The notes beneath the pieces were generated by a model, which was given only the letters and a program-made list of their open reading frames with translations, did not search any database and was not told the DNA's origin. The translations under genes and the position numbers were made by a program. A DNA stretch of 64,000 bases from an uncultured bacterium (GTDB taxonomy: Bacteria; Omnitrophota; Omnitrophia; Omnitrophales; Aquincolibacteriaceae): contig CAYZYT010000012.1 of NCBI GenBank assembly GCA_964482725.1, forward strand, positions 1,310-65,309. Reading direction: 5' to 3'. This document shows positions 1-8,966 of the stretch, one piece after another (within the stretch, counting starts at the first letter, position 1; every line of letters starts with the position of its first letter).

Positions 1-1428
1 GGAGAAGGATCATCTTCTCATCCTCAAGCGTGTAACCAAAAATACGCTGGCGGAGCGCGAGCGTCGCTTGATCGACCTCCACGGGACCGGGCACCTGAAG
101 CAATCCCTTGAGTTCAATGCGATTTTCTTCAAGCCAACGGCGGTAGGGTTTATGCCGGGCGATCCCGGATTTGATCTCATTATCTTTGATTACCCGCTTC
201 GTCGCCGTATCCACCAAAAGCATTTTCCCGGGCGCCAGCATGCCCTTTTCGAGAATGTCCGGAGGATTTAGATCAAGCACTCCGACCTCAGACGCCATAA
301 CCACAAGTCCGCTTTTCGTGATGACGTAACGGGCGGGACGAAGACCGTTCCGATCCAGAATCGCGCCCACCTTTGTTCCATCGGTAAAGGCAATGGCCGC
401 GGGTCCGTCCCACGGCTCCATGATCGCGGCGTGATACTCAAAAAATGCCCGTTTCGCCTCGCTGATATGGTATTTAACGCCGAAGGCCTCAGGGACCATC
501 ATCATCATCGCGTGCTCCATGGAACGTCCGCCCAGGGTCAAGAGCTCAAAAACATTATCAAAGGTACCCGAATCGCTCAGGGATGGATTGATGATCGGCA
601 GAAGTTTTTTGACCGCGGGCCCCAAAAGATCCGAAGAGATCCTCCCCTCACGAGCGACCATCTTGTTGATATTGCCACGAAGCGTGTTGATCTCTCCGTT
701 ATGCGCCACAAAATGGAAGGGATGCGCCAACGCCCAGGACGGGAACGTGTTCGTGGAATAGCGTTGATGCACGACCGCGAGAGCGCTAACAAGATCAGCG
801 TCCATCAGATCGATAAAGAAGTGGTCAAACTGCGGGGCGGCAAACATGCCTTTATAGACGACCGTGCGTGAAGAAAAAGACGGAATATAGAAATCCTCTA
901 ACGCCCAGCCCAACTTCACAGCCTCGTTCTCAAGAACTTTCCGAAGGATGTAAAGCCGGCGCTCCAAAGAGAGGCCTTCTAGACCGTCCAAGGTGACAAA
1001 AACCTGCCAAATGGACGGCATCACTTCCCGGGCCATTTCGCCAAGACAGTCCGGATGGACCGGAACTTCCCGCCATCCAAGAATTTTTCCACCCTCCCGG
1101 GCGGTTTGCTCGGCGATCATCTTCCGCGCACGTTCGGAATCTTTTTCCTGCCTGGGGAGAAAAAGCATCCCCACGCCATACTTCCCTTCCGCCGGCAAGG
1201 GGAAGTTTAAAACCCTGGAAAAGAACTTGTGGGGCACCTGAAGGATCATCCCGGCGCCGTCCCCGGTCTTCAGATCCCCGCCCACCGCGCCGCGGTGGAC
1301 GAGATTTTTCAGGATCTGAACTCCGTCACGAACGACCTGATGCGTCCGGGTTCCGTCGATCTTAACGACAAAACCGACGCCGCACGCATCATGCTCCATG
1401 CTGGGATGATATAAACCCTGCTCTTTCA
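1..1428 (-). CDS. gltB: Glutamate synthase large subunit, N-terminal part (class-II glutamine amidotransferase domain); gene runs off the window start
   Basis: Minus-strand translation from the ATG at 1428-1426 reads MKEQGLYHPSMEHDACGVGFVVKIDG...HRGAVGGDLKTGDGAGMILQVPHKFF. This is the canonical GltB N-terminus with the catalytic Cys motif. The frame stays open to the window edge; the ORF track misses it because there is no in-window stop. Confidence 0.8.
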
Positions 1429-1543
1429 TTAAGATCTTCCCTTCAGACTCATTTAAATGCTGTCCTTATGGACACAAAGACACCCCGAGCTCTATGCGAG
1501 TAATTTTTACTATAAGCTAGGGCAAAGGCAGGCGGGTCGTATT

Positions 1544-2083
1544 CTACCGATTTTTAGGCTTTTTCAAATAAAAAAATCCGATCAGAGTCTTCCCATCGAC
1601 GATCTCTCCGCGACGGATCATCCGGCCGATCTCCGGAAGGCTGAACGTTCCCAGCTCAAAGTCTTCGTCTTCGTCCTTGGGCGCGACAGCCGGCTTCAGA
1701 CGCGAGGCCAGAAAAACATGCATTTTCTCGCCCGAAACACCCGGCGTCGGGTAGAACTCCAAAAGTTTTACAAGCTTCCCCGGCCTCATTCCGATCTCCT
1801 CCATAAGCTCGCGCTTTGCAGCCTGAGGAAACGTTTCTCCGGGTTCTTTCCCGCCTGCGGGAAATTCCCAAAGGTGCTTTTCAAGCGGAAATCGGTATTG
1901 CCGCACAAGGATATACTTCCCTGCGTCCGTCCGGGGAATAATGACCACGCAACCCGGATGTTCCAGCACCTGACGCGAGAGCACTTTCCCATGAGGGGTC
2001 CGAACCTTGCAATCGATAAGACGTATCGGTCCCTTGGAAAAAATCACTTTTTTTTCGAAGACTTTGTATTTTTTTTTCGCCAT
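1544..2083 (-). CDS. NUDIX hydrolase (ADP-ribose pyrophosphatase-like)
   Basis: 179 aa with the Nudix box GGKEPGETFPQAAKRELMEEIG (GX5EX7REUXEEXGU). Confidence 0.8.
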   Translation of the reverse strand: MAKKKYKVFEKKVIFSKGPIRLIDCKVRTPHGKVLSRQVLEHPGCVVIIPRTDAGKYILVRQYRFPLEKHLWEFPAGGKEPGETFPQAAKRELMEEIGMRPGKLVKLLEFYPTPGVSGEKMHVFLASRLKPAVAPKDEDEDFELGTFSLPEIGRMIRRGEIVDGKTLIGFFYLKKPKNR

Positions 2084-2139
2084 ATAGAAAAAGGGCCCAT
2101 CTTTTACGACGGGCCTCGTTGTTTTTTCCTTAATAAAAA

Positions 2140-2336
2140 TGGAGCGGGATACGGGAATCGGCGCCTTACATTCGCTCCGCTCACTTCAGGTCGGCCACCC
2201 GCCCTACAGATATGACATTTGTCATATCTGACATCAGGGCTCCCTTCGATTCCCGAATCGAACACCGTAGACGGCTGACCTTGAGCCGCCACGGTGCCGC
2301 ATTATTTCAATCAGAAAAAAGCGGGATACGGGATTC
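2140..2336. repeat. tRNA-Gly 3'-end-derived direct repeats flanking a conserved structured element (copy A of a two-member family)
   Basis: tggagcgggatacgggaatcg at 2140-2160 is identical to the 3' end of tRNA-Gly at 8615-8635. A second partial copy, gcgggatacgggattc, lies at 2321-2336. Between them is the core cttcaggtcggccacccgccc + perfect hairpin gatatgacatttgtcatatc + gggctcc.ttcgattccc, shared with 36541-36666. Confidence 0.45.
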
Positions 2337-2489
2337 TACAATGACATTTCCATAACATCATCAATAACAATGCGTTGGAACGATCTCGAAGATTTCAGCA
2401 GCATTTGTCTATCGCATCAATTATTTACATCCAGAATTTTTAAAGCGAAAATTTCTACGCCCCTAAAAAAAATGAATATCGATAGTTTT

Positions 2490-5432
2490 TTAAAAATCGT
2501 AGCGAACAGTGCCGTAATAGGTGTTCGACATGAACTGATCTCGCAGTTCTAGGTCCCAGTTCCCTGTCAATGTGACGTTCCCTTTGTTTAAAAACCCGAG
2601 CTCCGCACCAAAGAGCATCCCGTTCTTCGCGGGTTTGGCGCCGATCGTATCAAAAGACGGGCCGCCGCCGGCAAAAGTCGCCGTCGTCTGGAAACGATCC
2701 CCGATATAATCATAGAGCCAGGCTGCCTTCGCTGAAGGAATGAATGTCCCGAGTTTCTTCGCCACCATCGGATACGCCAATTTCATGCCCAGGGACTGCT
2801 CCAATTGATGGTAGCCTTCCCCCTGCACAGAAAGGTTCAGGGCATTAGCACCCTTTTCCTTATACTTGTTCATATAAAGATAGTTATACCCCAAACCCGC
2901 AAAGGGCGTCACTTCCAGTTTCTTCGTCTCTTCGAAAGTGAAAGTGTAACCCGTTTCGAAGTTCGTTGAATACTGCTGCCCGTAATGATCCGCTTTCGCG
3001 ACGCGCTTATTCGTAGGAGTGAGCCAGATCTCACGGCGACTGTCATAATTATTTTGTGTGAAAGCGAACATCCCGTCCACATACCAGGAGTTCTCGACCT
3101 GGCTACGCACAGCCTCGTAGGATTTCTTGCCACCTTGACGCGCTTTGTTAAGATCGAGAGAATCGTAACTTCCGTAGATCGTCCCCTGGAAACTATTGAT
3201 ATCATCCGAAGGACTGCCCGGCTGTTTGGAATGCACGCCCGCCCAGCCGTAACTGCCGGCGAAGCCCGCGCGGAAATGTTTATCGATCACTTTATCCGCA
3301 CCGATCGTGGTCCCGAAGGTGTTCGCCGAAAATCCCTGGATTCCCTTGCGCTCGTCTTGTTTCATGTTGCTCCCGAGCCCTTGCATCCAGACGCCGACAC
3401 CGTTTAGCATTTCTCCGGCCGAAACACCTGTCCCCACAAACCCGCTCCGCGCGCCGCCCAACCGATTGGCGATCATCGTAATTCCCTGACTCGTCAGAGC
3501 GCGACTGCCCTCCGCCGTCCCGGAACTCACATCCGGAGTCATCGTATCAAGAGCGTTCCCGACATTTTTAGAGGATTCCCCGTCAAGCGTATTTAATACA
3601 TTGAGCATATCCCCTGTCGCGCCGGCCGCGCCTACAGCTTCAAGGACAGAGCCCGCGGCGGCTTCGTTTGAGTTTGCAGCAATGGTGTTGTAGGGGTTTG
3701 CGCGGGTAGCGGTAACCACAAAGTCGTTGCCGGAGGATGCGCCGGCAAAAGCAAGAACAGCGCTATTATCTGTGATAGTGACGCCCGTGTAAGTTCCGGC
3801 GGCGGCGGCGTCTATGATCGTGTAAGGGGTATTGTTGGGGACATAGTTAGAAATGGTAAGATCGAGTATCCCGCCGGTTATATTCGGCGCGGCGGTTGCA
3901 GTGATCGACCCGTTATTTACACCATCTATAGCGACTTTAAGGGTAGATGCGGCCAGTGACTGCGTATATATACCGACTACATTCAATGCGTAGGAACCGA
4001 TGTCGAGGGTTGCGTTATTCGTGACGGCCCCTGTGCCGAGAGCGTTCACGTTCCCGGCGGCAAGCGTGCCCGCGGTGATCGTATTAAGCCCTGTGTGGGT
4101 GTTGGCTCCGGTAAGGATGGTTTTTCCGGTACCGGTCTGGTTAACTCTTAAACTACCGGTAAGTTGAGGCGAGAATGTATATGATGCGTCGGTTTCTTTA
4201 AAATTGAGATTTGCTGTACCCGAGCCTCCGGCAATGATCGGGGTATTAATGGTCCCTGCTAAGCTATTGTTTCCTATGTTAAGCGTGCCTGAGGAGCCGA
4301 CTAATGAGGCCAATAAACACAAGCCATTCTCTGCATTCACTAAGCCGCCATTGGAAATGGTCAGTGTGCCGGTAGCCGCCGCATTTGGGCTTCCAATGTA
4401 CAAAGCTTTACCGGCAGCGTCGGCGGATGAAATGGTCCATGTGGAATTAGCACCATCCACGGTGACGGTGCCTGAGGAGGTTGCATCACGGCTCATTTTT
4501 GCGTAGGTAGTAGTCACTAAGCCACCATTGGTAATATTCAAGGTGGCGTTGCCAGAGAAGCCAACGGCAAGATTAGCAATATTCGTCCACGTGGAATTAG
4601 CACCATCCACAGTAACGGTACCTGTGGAGCCTGAAAATCGGCCTATGATTCCGGTAGCAGAATTACTTACTGCGCCTCCATTAGTAATATTCAGGACTCC
4701 GGTGCCGTAGTAGCCGGCACAAAAATTGCCAGCCGTAGTTACATATGAAGAATTAGCACCATCCACAGTCATAGTGCCTGTGGAGAGTGCATTTCCACCG
4801 ATATTTACTCCATTAAGGCTATTATTCACTACAGCGCCATTGGAAATATTCAGCGTGCCGATGCCGGAGACACCGACGGTCAGCTGATTGCTATTCGTCC
4901 ATGATGAGGTCCCGCCATCCACAGTCATAGTGCCGGTGGAGCCTGCACTAGAACCGATATTTGTGACGGTATTGCTCAGCGTTGCGCCGTTTTTTACATT
5001 CAGCGTTGCTGTACCCGTGTTTCCAACCGTTAATGTGCTTGAATCGGTCATACTAGCACCTGTGTTAAGCTCTAAAGTGCCTCCGCCGTTAAAGATAACG
5101 GCGGGGGTGGAATTCATGGTGCCGCCTTTAACCATAACTATGCCGGTAGCCCCTGATACGTCGAATGTGGGTGTACAGGTTATGGTATCCAGATTACTTA
5201 AAAGGGTGATCGGGTTATCTGCGCCGAATGTTCCGGAGAAAGAGATGGTCTGTGCGCCGCCTAATCCATTAGCATCAATGATAGCCTGGCGAAGAGACCC
5301 CGCGCCGCTGTCGTTATTGTTTGTTACCGTCGCCGCATGAACAGGCACGGCGCATACACATAATACCATCATGCCGATAGTCATTAATAAAGCCAACGCC
5401 GCAGGTACTGCCGATGTTATTCTTTTTTCCAT
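2490..5432 (-). CDS. Classical (type Va) autotransporter outer-membrane protein with repetitive beta-strand passenger
   Basis: 980 aa. Signal peptide MEKRITSAVPAALALLMTIGMMVLCVCAVPVHA. Many repeats of the G.GTLNI.NGG.V.N...TGTMTVDGANS.WT type (autotransporter-associated beta-strand repeats). The roughly 270-aa C-terminal beta-barrel ends ...GTVRYDF with an aromatic residue. Confidence 0.75.
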   Translation of the reverse strand: MEKRITSAVPAALALLMTIGMMVLCVCAVPVHAATVTNNNDSGAGSLRQAIIDANGLGGAQTISFSGTFGADNPITLLSNLDTITCTPTFDVSGATGIVMVKGGTMNSTPAVIFNGGGTLELNTGASMTDSSTLTVGNTGTATLNVKNGATLSNTVTNIGSSAGSTGTMTVDGGTSSWTNSNQLTVGVSGIGTLNISNGAVVNNSLNGVNIGGNALSTGTMTVDGANSSYVTTAGNFCAGYYGTGVLNITNGGAVSNSATGIIGRFSGSTGTVTVDGANSTWTNIANLAVGFSGNATLNITNGGLVTTTYAKMSRDATSSGTVTVDGANSTWTISSADAAGKALYIGSPNAAATGTLTISNGGLVNAENGLCLLASLVGSSGTLNIGNNSLAGTINTPIIAGGSGTANLNFKETDASYTFSPQLTGSLRVNQTGTGKTILTGANTHTGLNTITAGTLAAGNVNALGTGAVTNNATLDIGSYALNVVGIYTQSLAASTLKVAIDGVNNGSITATAAPNITGGILDLTISNYVPNNTPYTIIDAAAAGTYTGVTITDNSAVLAFAGASSGNDFVVTATRANPYNTIAANSNEAAAGSVLEAVGAAGATGDMLNVLNTLDGESSKNVGNALDTMTPDVSSGTAEGSRALTSQGITMIANRLGGARSGFVGTGVSAGEMLNGVGVWMQGLGSNMKQDERKGIQGFSANTFGTTIGADKVIDKHFRAGFAGSYGWAGVHSKQPGSPSDDINSFQGTIYGSYDSLDLNKARQGGKKSYEAVRSQVENSWYVDGMFAFTQNNYDSRREIWLTPTNKRVAKADHYGQQYSTNFETGYTFTFEETKKLEVTPFAGLGYNYLYMNKYKEKGANALNLSVQGEGYHQLEQSLGMKLAYPMVAKKLGTFIPSAKAAWLYDYIGDRFQTTATFAGGGPSFDTIGAKPAKNGMLFGAELGFLNKGNVTLTGNWDLELRDQFMSNTYYGTVRYDF

Positions 5433-5453
5433 GTCATCCTACTATTTATCCGG

Positions 5454-7850
5454 TTAGTTCGGGTCGGAGCTTAACTGATTCGTATGGTCTATGGTGCCCG
5501 GGGATTCAATAAACTGGGCGGGCAGCGGATTCGCGACGCCCCACCAGTTATACTGGGCTGTTACGGAATAAGCTGTTATATTTTTCACATCATATGCGGT
5601 ATTGCCGTATATGGAATTGTGTCCGGCCGACCCCTGAGTGCCTCCGCCGAAATCCGCGTTGCTAAGCGGTTGGTTATATCCAGCCCTGCCGATTATCACG
5701 CCATAAGCATTATCTTTGATAGTGTTGTTGTAGAAAGAACCGGTGAAGGTCGATGTTGACTGCGAGCCCAATTCGATGCCTTCGTATGTTTGGTCCGATA
5801 TCACGTTATCATAAACTGTCGCATTAACCGAGCTTGAACTTTGCAAATGGAAATTCACGCCATACACGTTACCCGTAAAAGTATTTCTCGCAAGAGTTAC
5901 TGTAATAGAGTTGGTTCCGTAAGGCTTAACAGCAATTCCGGTTTCCCCGTTGTCTGTAACGACATTGTCAGCCACCAGCACGCCATTCATAGACCCTGTG
6001 CTGCCTGGATTGAAAGCCAGCTGAAGACCCCGATTAAGGTTTTGATAAACGTTATTTCCGGAAATGGTAACGCTCAAAAAAGATGAAGCGTTATTACCTG
6101 TCAGCGCTATAGCAACAGAATCATTACCGCTCACTATATTGTTTTTCATCTCGCAAGTGTTAATAATGGAGCTGTTATATCCATACGTATATATTCCGGC
6201 CCAGGCGTTGCTTTGCACGGTATTTCCCGAGATCCTGACATCCCCTTGTGAATTTGTATAAAAATCGGCTCTTATTCCTCGGCCTGAGGTTGTGGGCGGG
6301 GCAACGGGCAAGGTATTATAAGCGGGCGCGCCCGTGTTCCTATTGTTTGAAGAGGTGTTGTTGTTAATGTGAAACATCGGGGTCGCCGTGCCCTGCGCGA
6401 CAGCGAAAATCCCGGCATAGCCGGAATTATCCGTAACGATATTGTTTGAGATGGTGTAAGTACCTGTAGTAGAGCCACCGATATCAAGAAGTATGCCTTC
6501 CTGGCTGTTGCCTGATACGGTATTGTGATCTATCGTCGTATTCCGTATGTTCTGGCCGTAGATGCCTCTTAAGCCGTTCTGCACTTTAAAGCCCATGATG
6601 GTGTTATTATTGGCAAGAGTAATACCGATACCAGCAACGCTAATGACTGGATTCCCCGGAGCTGATATGCCGGCAAAGCCTCCGTTGTATCCCGACCCCC
6701 ACAGCGTAACGCTATCGGTGAGTATTATATTTTCGGCATAATTGCCGCTTCCTTTATTCACATAGACCCACTTATCTCCTGTGGCGTTAGTAACGCCGTC
6801 AGCTATCGTGATATACGGATGCTCGAGTGAACCGTCGGAGATCCCCACGTAGGAGTTATCGACAAAGGTCATATCGTGCACTTTGGTCTTCAGCGTGGGC
6901 GCGGCGGCCGTCCTTGAAGTAACATCAATATCCCTTATGACCCTATCCACCATACGTTCCCTCAAGGGCCTGAGACCTTTCTGATAACCGAAAAATTTTC
7001 CAAATTCACCGAAAAGCGCGCTCATCTTGAATACATTGACCGTTTCAAGAGGAATGGTCATAAAAGCTCCCACAAAACAGTCCGTCCCGTTGTAACCATC
7101 GTGTTTGATCTCGACTTCAAAAGTGAGCGCGCGGATCGGCCGGATCTCGATCCGCCCTTTGATGCCGTTCATGCTCTTGTTGCAGTCCGGAAAGTAGCTG
7201 TAGCCCCCGAGAAATGCCCGGGTTTCCACATATTCCGAAATGAGCGGCAGAAGCACGCCGCCCTCATAATCGAATCCCATGAGCGCCTCTTCATAGGTCG
7301 GTGTCGTCATCTTCACGAGGCTTGTGGACCCGAACACGTAGGTGGTCTCTTCCGAGATGAGCTTTTTATCGGTAAGGGGAAAATAAAAATTGGTCCTCAT
7401 GTCGAACCATTTGGAAAGACCCTCCATGCCAAACCCGAACTGGTGATTCCGGACGTCATTCTCAGTGTGCTTAGTATCATAGAAAAAGTTGCCCCCGGCG
7501 AGGAACGATTCATCAAACAAAAGCGCACGCGCTCCCACGCCGACATTCTGCTCATTGGAGTTATGGGGTCCAATCACGGTCTTCGAATCCGCGAACAACA
7601 TGCTGTTACGGGTGCCCGCCACGGGAATCAGGTTATCGAAGTAAGTCTGAAGTTTTCCGGATCCGCCCCTAACGCCCGGCATGACCTGGGCGGGCCACTC
7701 TTTCGGAGCATCAAGGAACCAAAGTTCTTTTGTTTCGGTAGAGCGTTCCACAAGAGGAGCCTGCTGGGCTTGAGCGGCCGAAAAGCCAGTAGTGGGAACC
7801 ATAAAAATCAAAGGAAGAATTGCGATTAAGAAAAAAAGCTTCCCCCTCAT
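5454..7850 (-). CDS. Outer-membrane/secreted protein with N-terminal beta-barrel-like region and C-terminal right-handed parallel beta-helix (PbH1/pectate-lyase-like) repeats; possible inverse (type Ve) autotransporter
   Basis: The ORF runs to 7952, but the likely start is the internal Met of the signal peptide MRGKLFFLIAILPLIFMVPTTGFSAAQA. The N-terminal ~330 aa have alternating beta-strand character. The C-terminal repeats (NNIVTDNSGYAGIFA, GNTVQSNAWAGIYTYG) are typical of beta-helix proteins. There is no C-terminal barrel. Confidence 0.5.
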   Translation of the reverse strand: MRGKLFFLIAILPLIFMVPTTGFSAAQAQQAPLVERSTETKELWFLDAPKEWPAQVMPGVRGGSGKLQTYFDNLIPVAGTRNSMLFADSKTVIGPHNSNEQNVGVGARALLFDESFLAGGNFFYDTKHTENDVRNHQFGFGMEGLSKWFDMRTNFYFPLTDKKLISEETTYVFGSTSLVKMTTPTYEEALMGFDYEGGVLLPLISEYVETRAFLGGYSYFPDCNKSMNGIKGRIEIRPIRALTFEVEIKHDGYNGTDCFVGAFMTIPLETVNVFKMSALFGEFGKFFGYQKGLRPLRERMVDRVIRDIDVTSRTAAAPTLKTKVHDMTFVDNSYVGISDGSLEHPYITIADGVTNATGDKWVYVNKGSGNYAENIILTDSVTLWGSGYNGGFAGISAPGNPVISVAGIGITLANNNTIMGFKVQNGLRGIYGQNIRNTTIDHNTVSGNSQEGILLDIGGSTTGTYTISNNIVTDNSGYAGIFAVAQGTATPMFHINNNTSSNNRNTGAPAYNTLPVAPPTTSGRGIRADFYTNSQGDVRISGNTVQSNAWAGIYTYGYNSSIINTCEMKNNIVSGNDSVAIALTGNNASSFLSVTISGNNVYQNLNRGLQLAFNPGSTGSMNGVLVADNVVTDNGETGIAVKPYGTNSITVTLARNTFTGNVYGVNFHLQSSSSVNATVYDNVISDQTYEGIELGSQSTSTFTGSFYNNTIKDNAYGVIIGRAGYNQPLSNADFGGGTQGSAGHNSIYGNTAYDVKNITAYSVTAQYNWWGVANPLPAQFIESPGTIDHTNQLSSDPN

Positions 7851-8131
7851 CACTGCGAAGGTAAGGCTTTTTTTTACAAGAGAGGGAGCATGCGGCACAC
7901 CTTTGACATTTTTCATAATCGGCCTTAAAGTGGACGGCATTGCGCAGATCAATTTCTTGAAGAATAAAAGCTAGAACCAGCCACAGTAGTTTCTCTTTCT
8001 TTTTCTGCTACTCTTTTTCTTTCTCTTTGTGGATTCTGTGAATTTGTGGATGGGGCAAGGCAATCTCATCTAAATTCTGCGCAGAGTTTTCTCCGTGCAT
8101 TTAAGGCTCCACCGTGCCTTGACCGTCTTGC

Positions 8132-8497
8132 TTAAATTCCTACTTTTTCGGTTTTTTCATGTTTCAGCAGACTCAAAACGATACGACGTAGATGCGTAAA
8201 ATTTTGAGCTACGTGTCCCTCTGTGGCGGACACAGCACTCGTCCTCTCGGAAAGCAATATCCAAAGTCCGGTGAAAGCCATTCTCAACACCCCAACCCCA
8301 CGCACGACTTTGGCGAACTCCCTCGCCAAGAAACTTATATCATCGGTGCGACTTTTTGTATAGAAAAACTCTATCGTGCTGGCAATCTTTCCGCAAATTA
8401 CGCCATTCGGATTTTGTTCAACATACATGTCCTGCAACATATAAACGAAAAACAGCAGCATTTCAGCAGCATCACGGTTTAAAAAATGAACTTTCAC
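8132..8497 (-). CDS. Hypothetical 121-aa protein in an AT-rich island next to tRNA-Gly; possibly a degraded transposase/integrase fragment
   Basis: ORF in a locally AT-rich stretch (7975-8615) that differs in composition from its flanks. It shows weak resemblance to transposase C-terminal motifs (..IEFFYTKSR..) only, with no confident homology. Confidence 0.25.
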   Translation of the reverse strand: MKVHFLNRDAAEMLLFFVYMLQDMYVEQNPNGVICGKIASTIEFFYTKSRTDDISFLAREFAKVVRGVGVLRMAFTGLWILLSERTSAVSATEGHVAQNFTHLRRIVLSLLKHEKTEKVGI

Positions 8498-8614
8498 AAC
8501 TTGGAATGACTTGGGATAGCTTGGAGTGGCTTGGAATACAACATAAGATAATAAAAAGGGTTACGCCGCTTTTGACGTAACCCGTTGACTGGCTTGGGAC
8601 TTCAGAAAAAGAGA

Positions 8615-8688
8615 TGGAGCGGGATACGGGAATCGAACCCGTCTCAACAGCTTGGGAAGCTGCCACATTACCACTATGCTAATCCCGC
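8615..8688 (-). tRNA. tRNA-Gly (anticodon CCC), CCA encoded
   Basis: The reverse complement folds as a cloverleaf: acceptor GCGGGAT/ATCCCGC, D-stem GCAT/ATGT, anticodon stem GCAGC/GCTGT with loop TTCCCAA, T-arm ACGGG-TTCGATT-CCCGT, discriminator T, then CCA. Confidence 0.85.
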
Positions 8689-8777
8689 ATTTCAAACTTC
8701 TACAAACTTACGCCTTCGACACCAGCGCTCATGCGCTGGTGCTGCAAACAGAACGAAACCTGAAGTTTCGTTCTGCC

Positions 8778-8830
8778 GACCCGTCTCAACAGCTTGGGAA
8801 GCTGCCACATTACCACTATGCTAATCCCGC
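8778..8830 (-). pseudogene. Partial duplicate of tRNA-Gly (5' two-thirds only: acceptor 5' strand, D-arm, anticodon arm)
   Basis: gacccgtctcaacagcttgggaagctgccacattaccactatgctaatcccgc is identical to the corresponding part of the tRNA at 8636-8688. The T-arm and 3' acceptor are replaced by unrelated sequence. A third copy of ctaatcccgc lies at 8903-8912. Confidence 0.55.
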
Positions 8831-8966
8831 TTGTCATCTATTAAAAATCTATCGGTAAACGGGATAGTCCCGCCAACCGTTATTATTTATTAGGGCGGGG
8901 CTAATCCCGCAAAAATACTTTAGGGGGACAGTCCCCCTAGATCTTAAAGGGACTGTCCCCTTGAAG

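Noticed and set aside
2140-2300. Elements A/B as genuine extra tRNA genes
   Set aside because: They carry only the 3' T-arm/acceptor segment of a tRNA. They have no matching 5' acceptor strand, D-arm or anticodon arm, so they cannot fold as a cloverleaf.
8192-8482. 96-aa plus-strand ORF opposite the orphan ORF 8132-8497
   Set aside because: It overlaps the minus-strand ORF across its whole length in an AT-rich region and has no recognisable features. At most one of the two can be real, and neither has support.
7975-8960. Intact integrated prophage/genomic island at tRNA-Gly
   Set aside because: No integrase, excisionase or phage gene is present. The AT-rich block is only about 640 bp with one orphan ORF, so at most it is a remnant.
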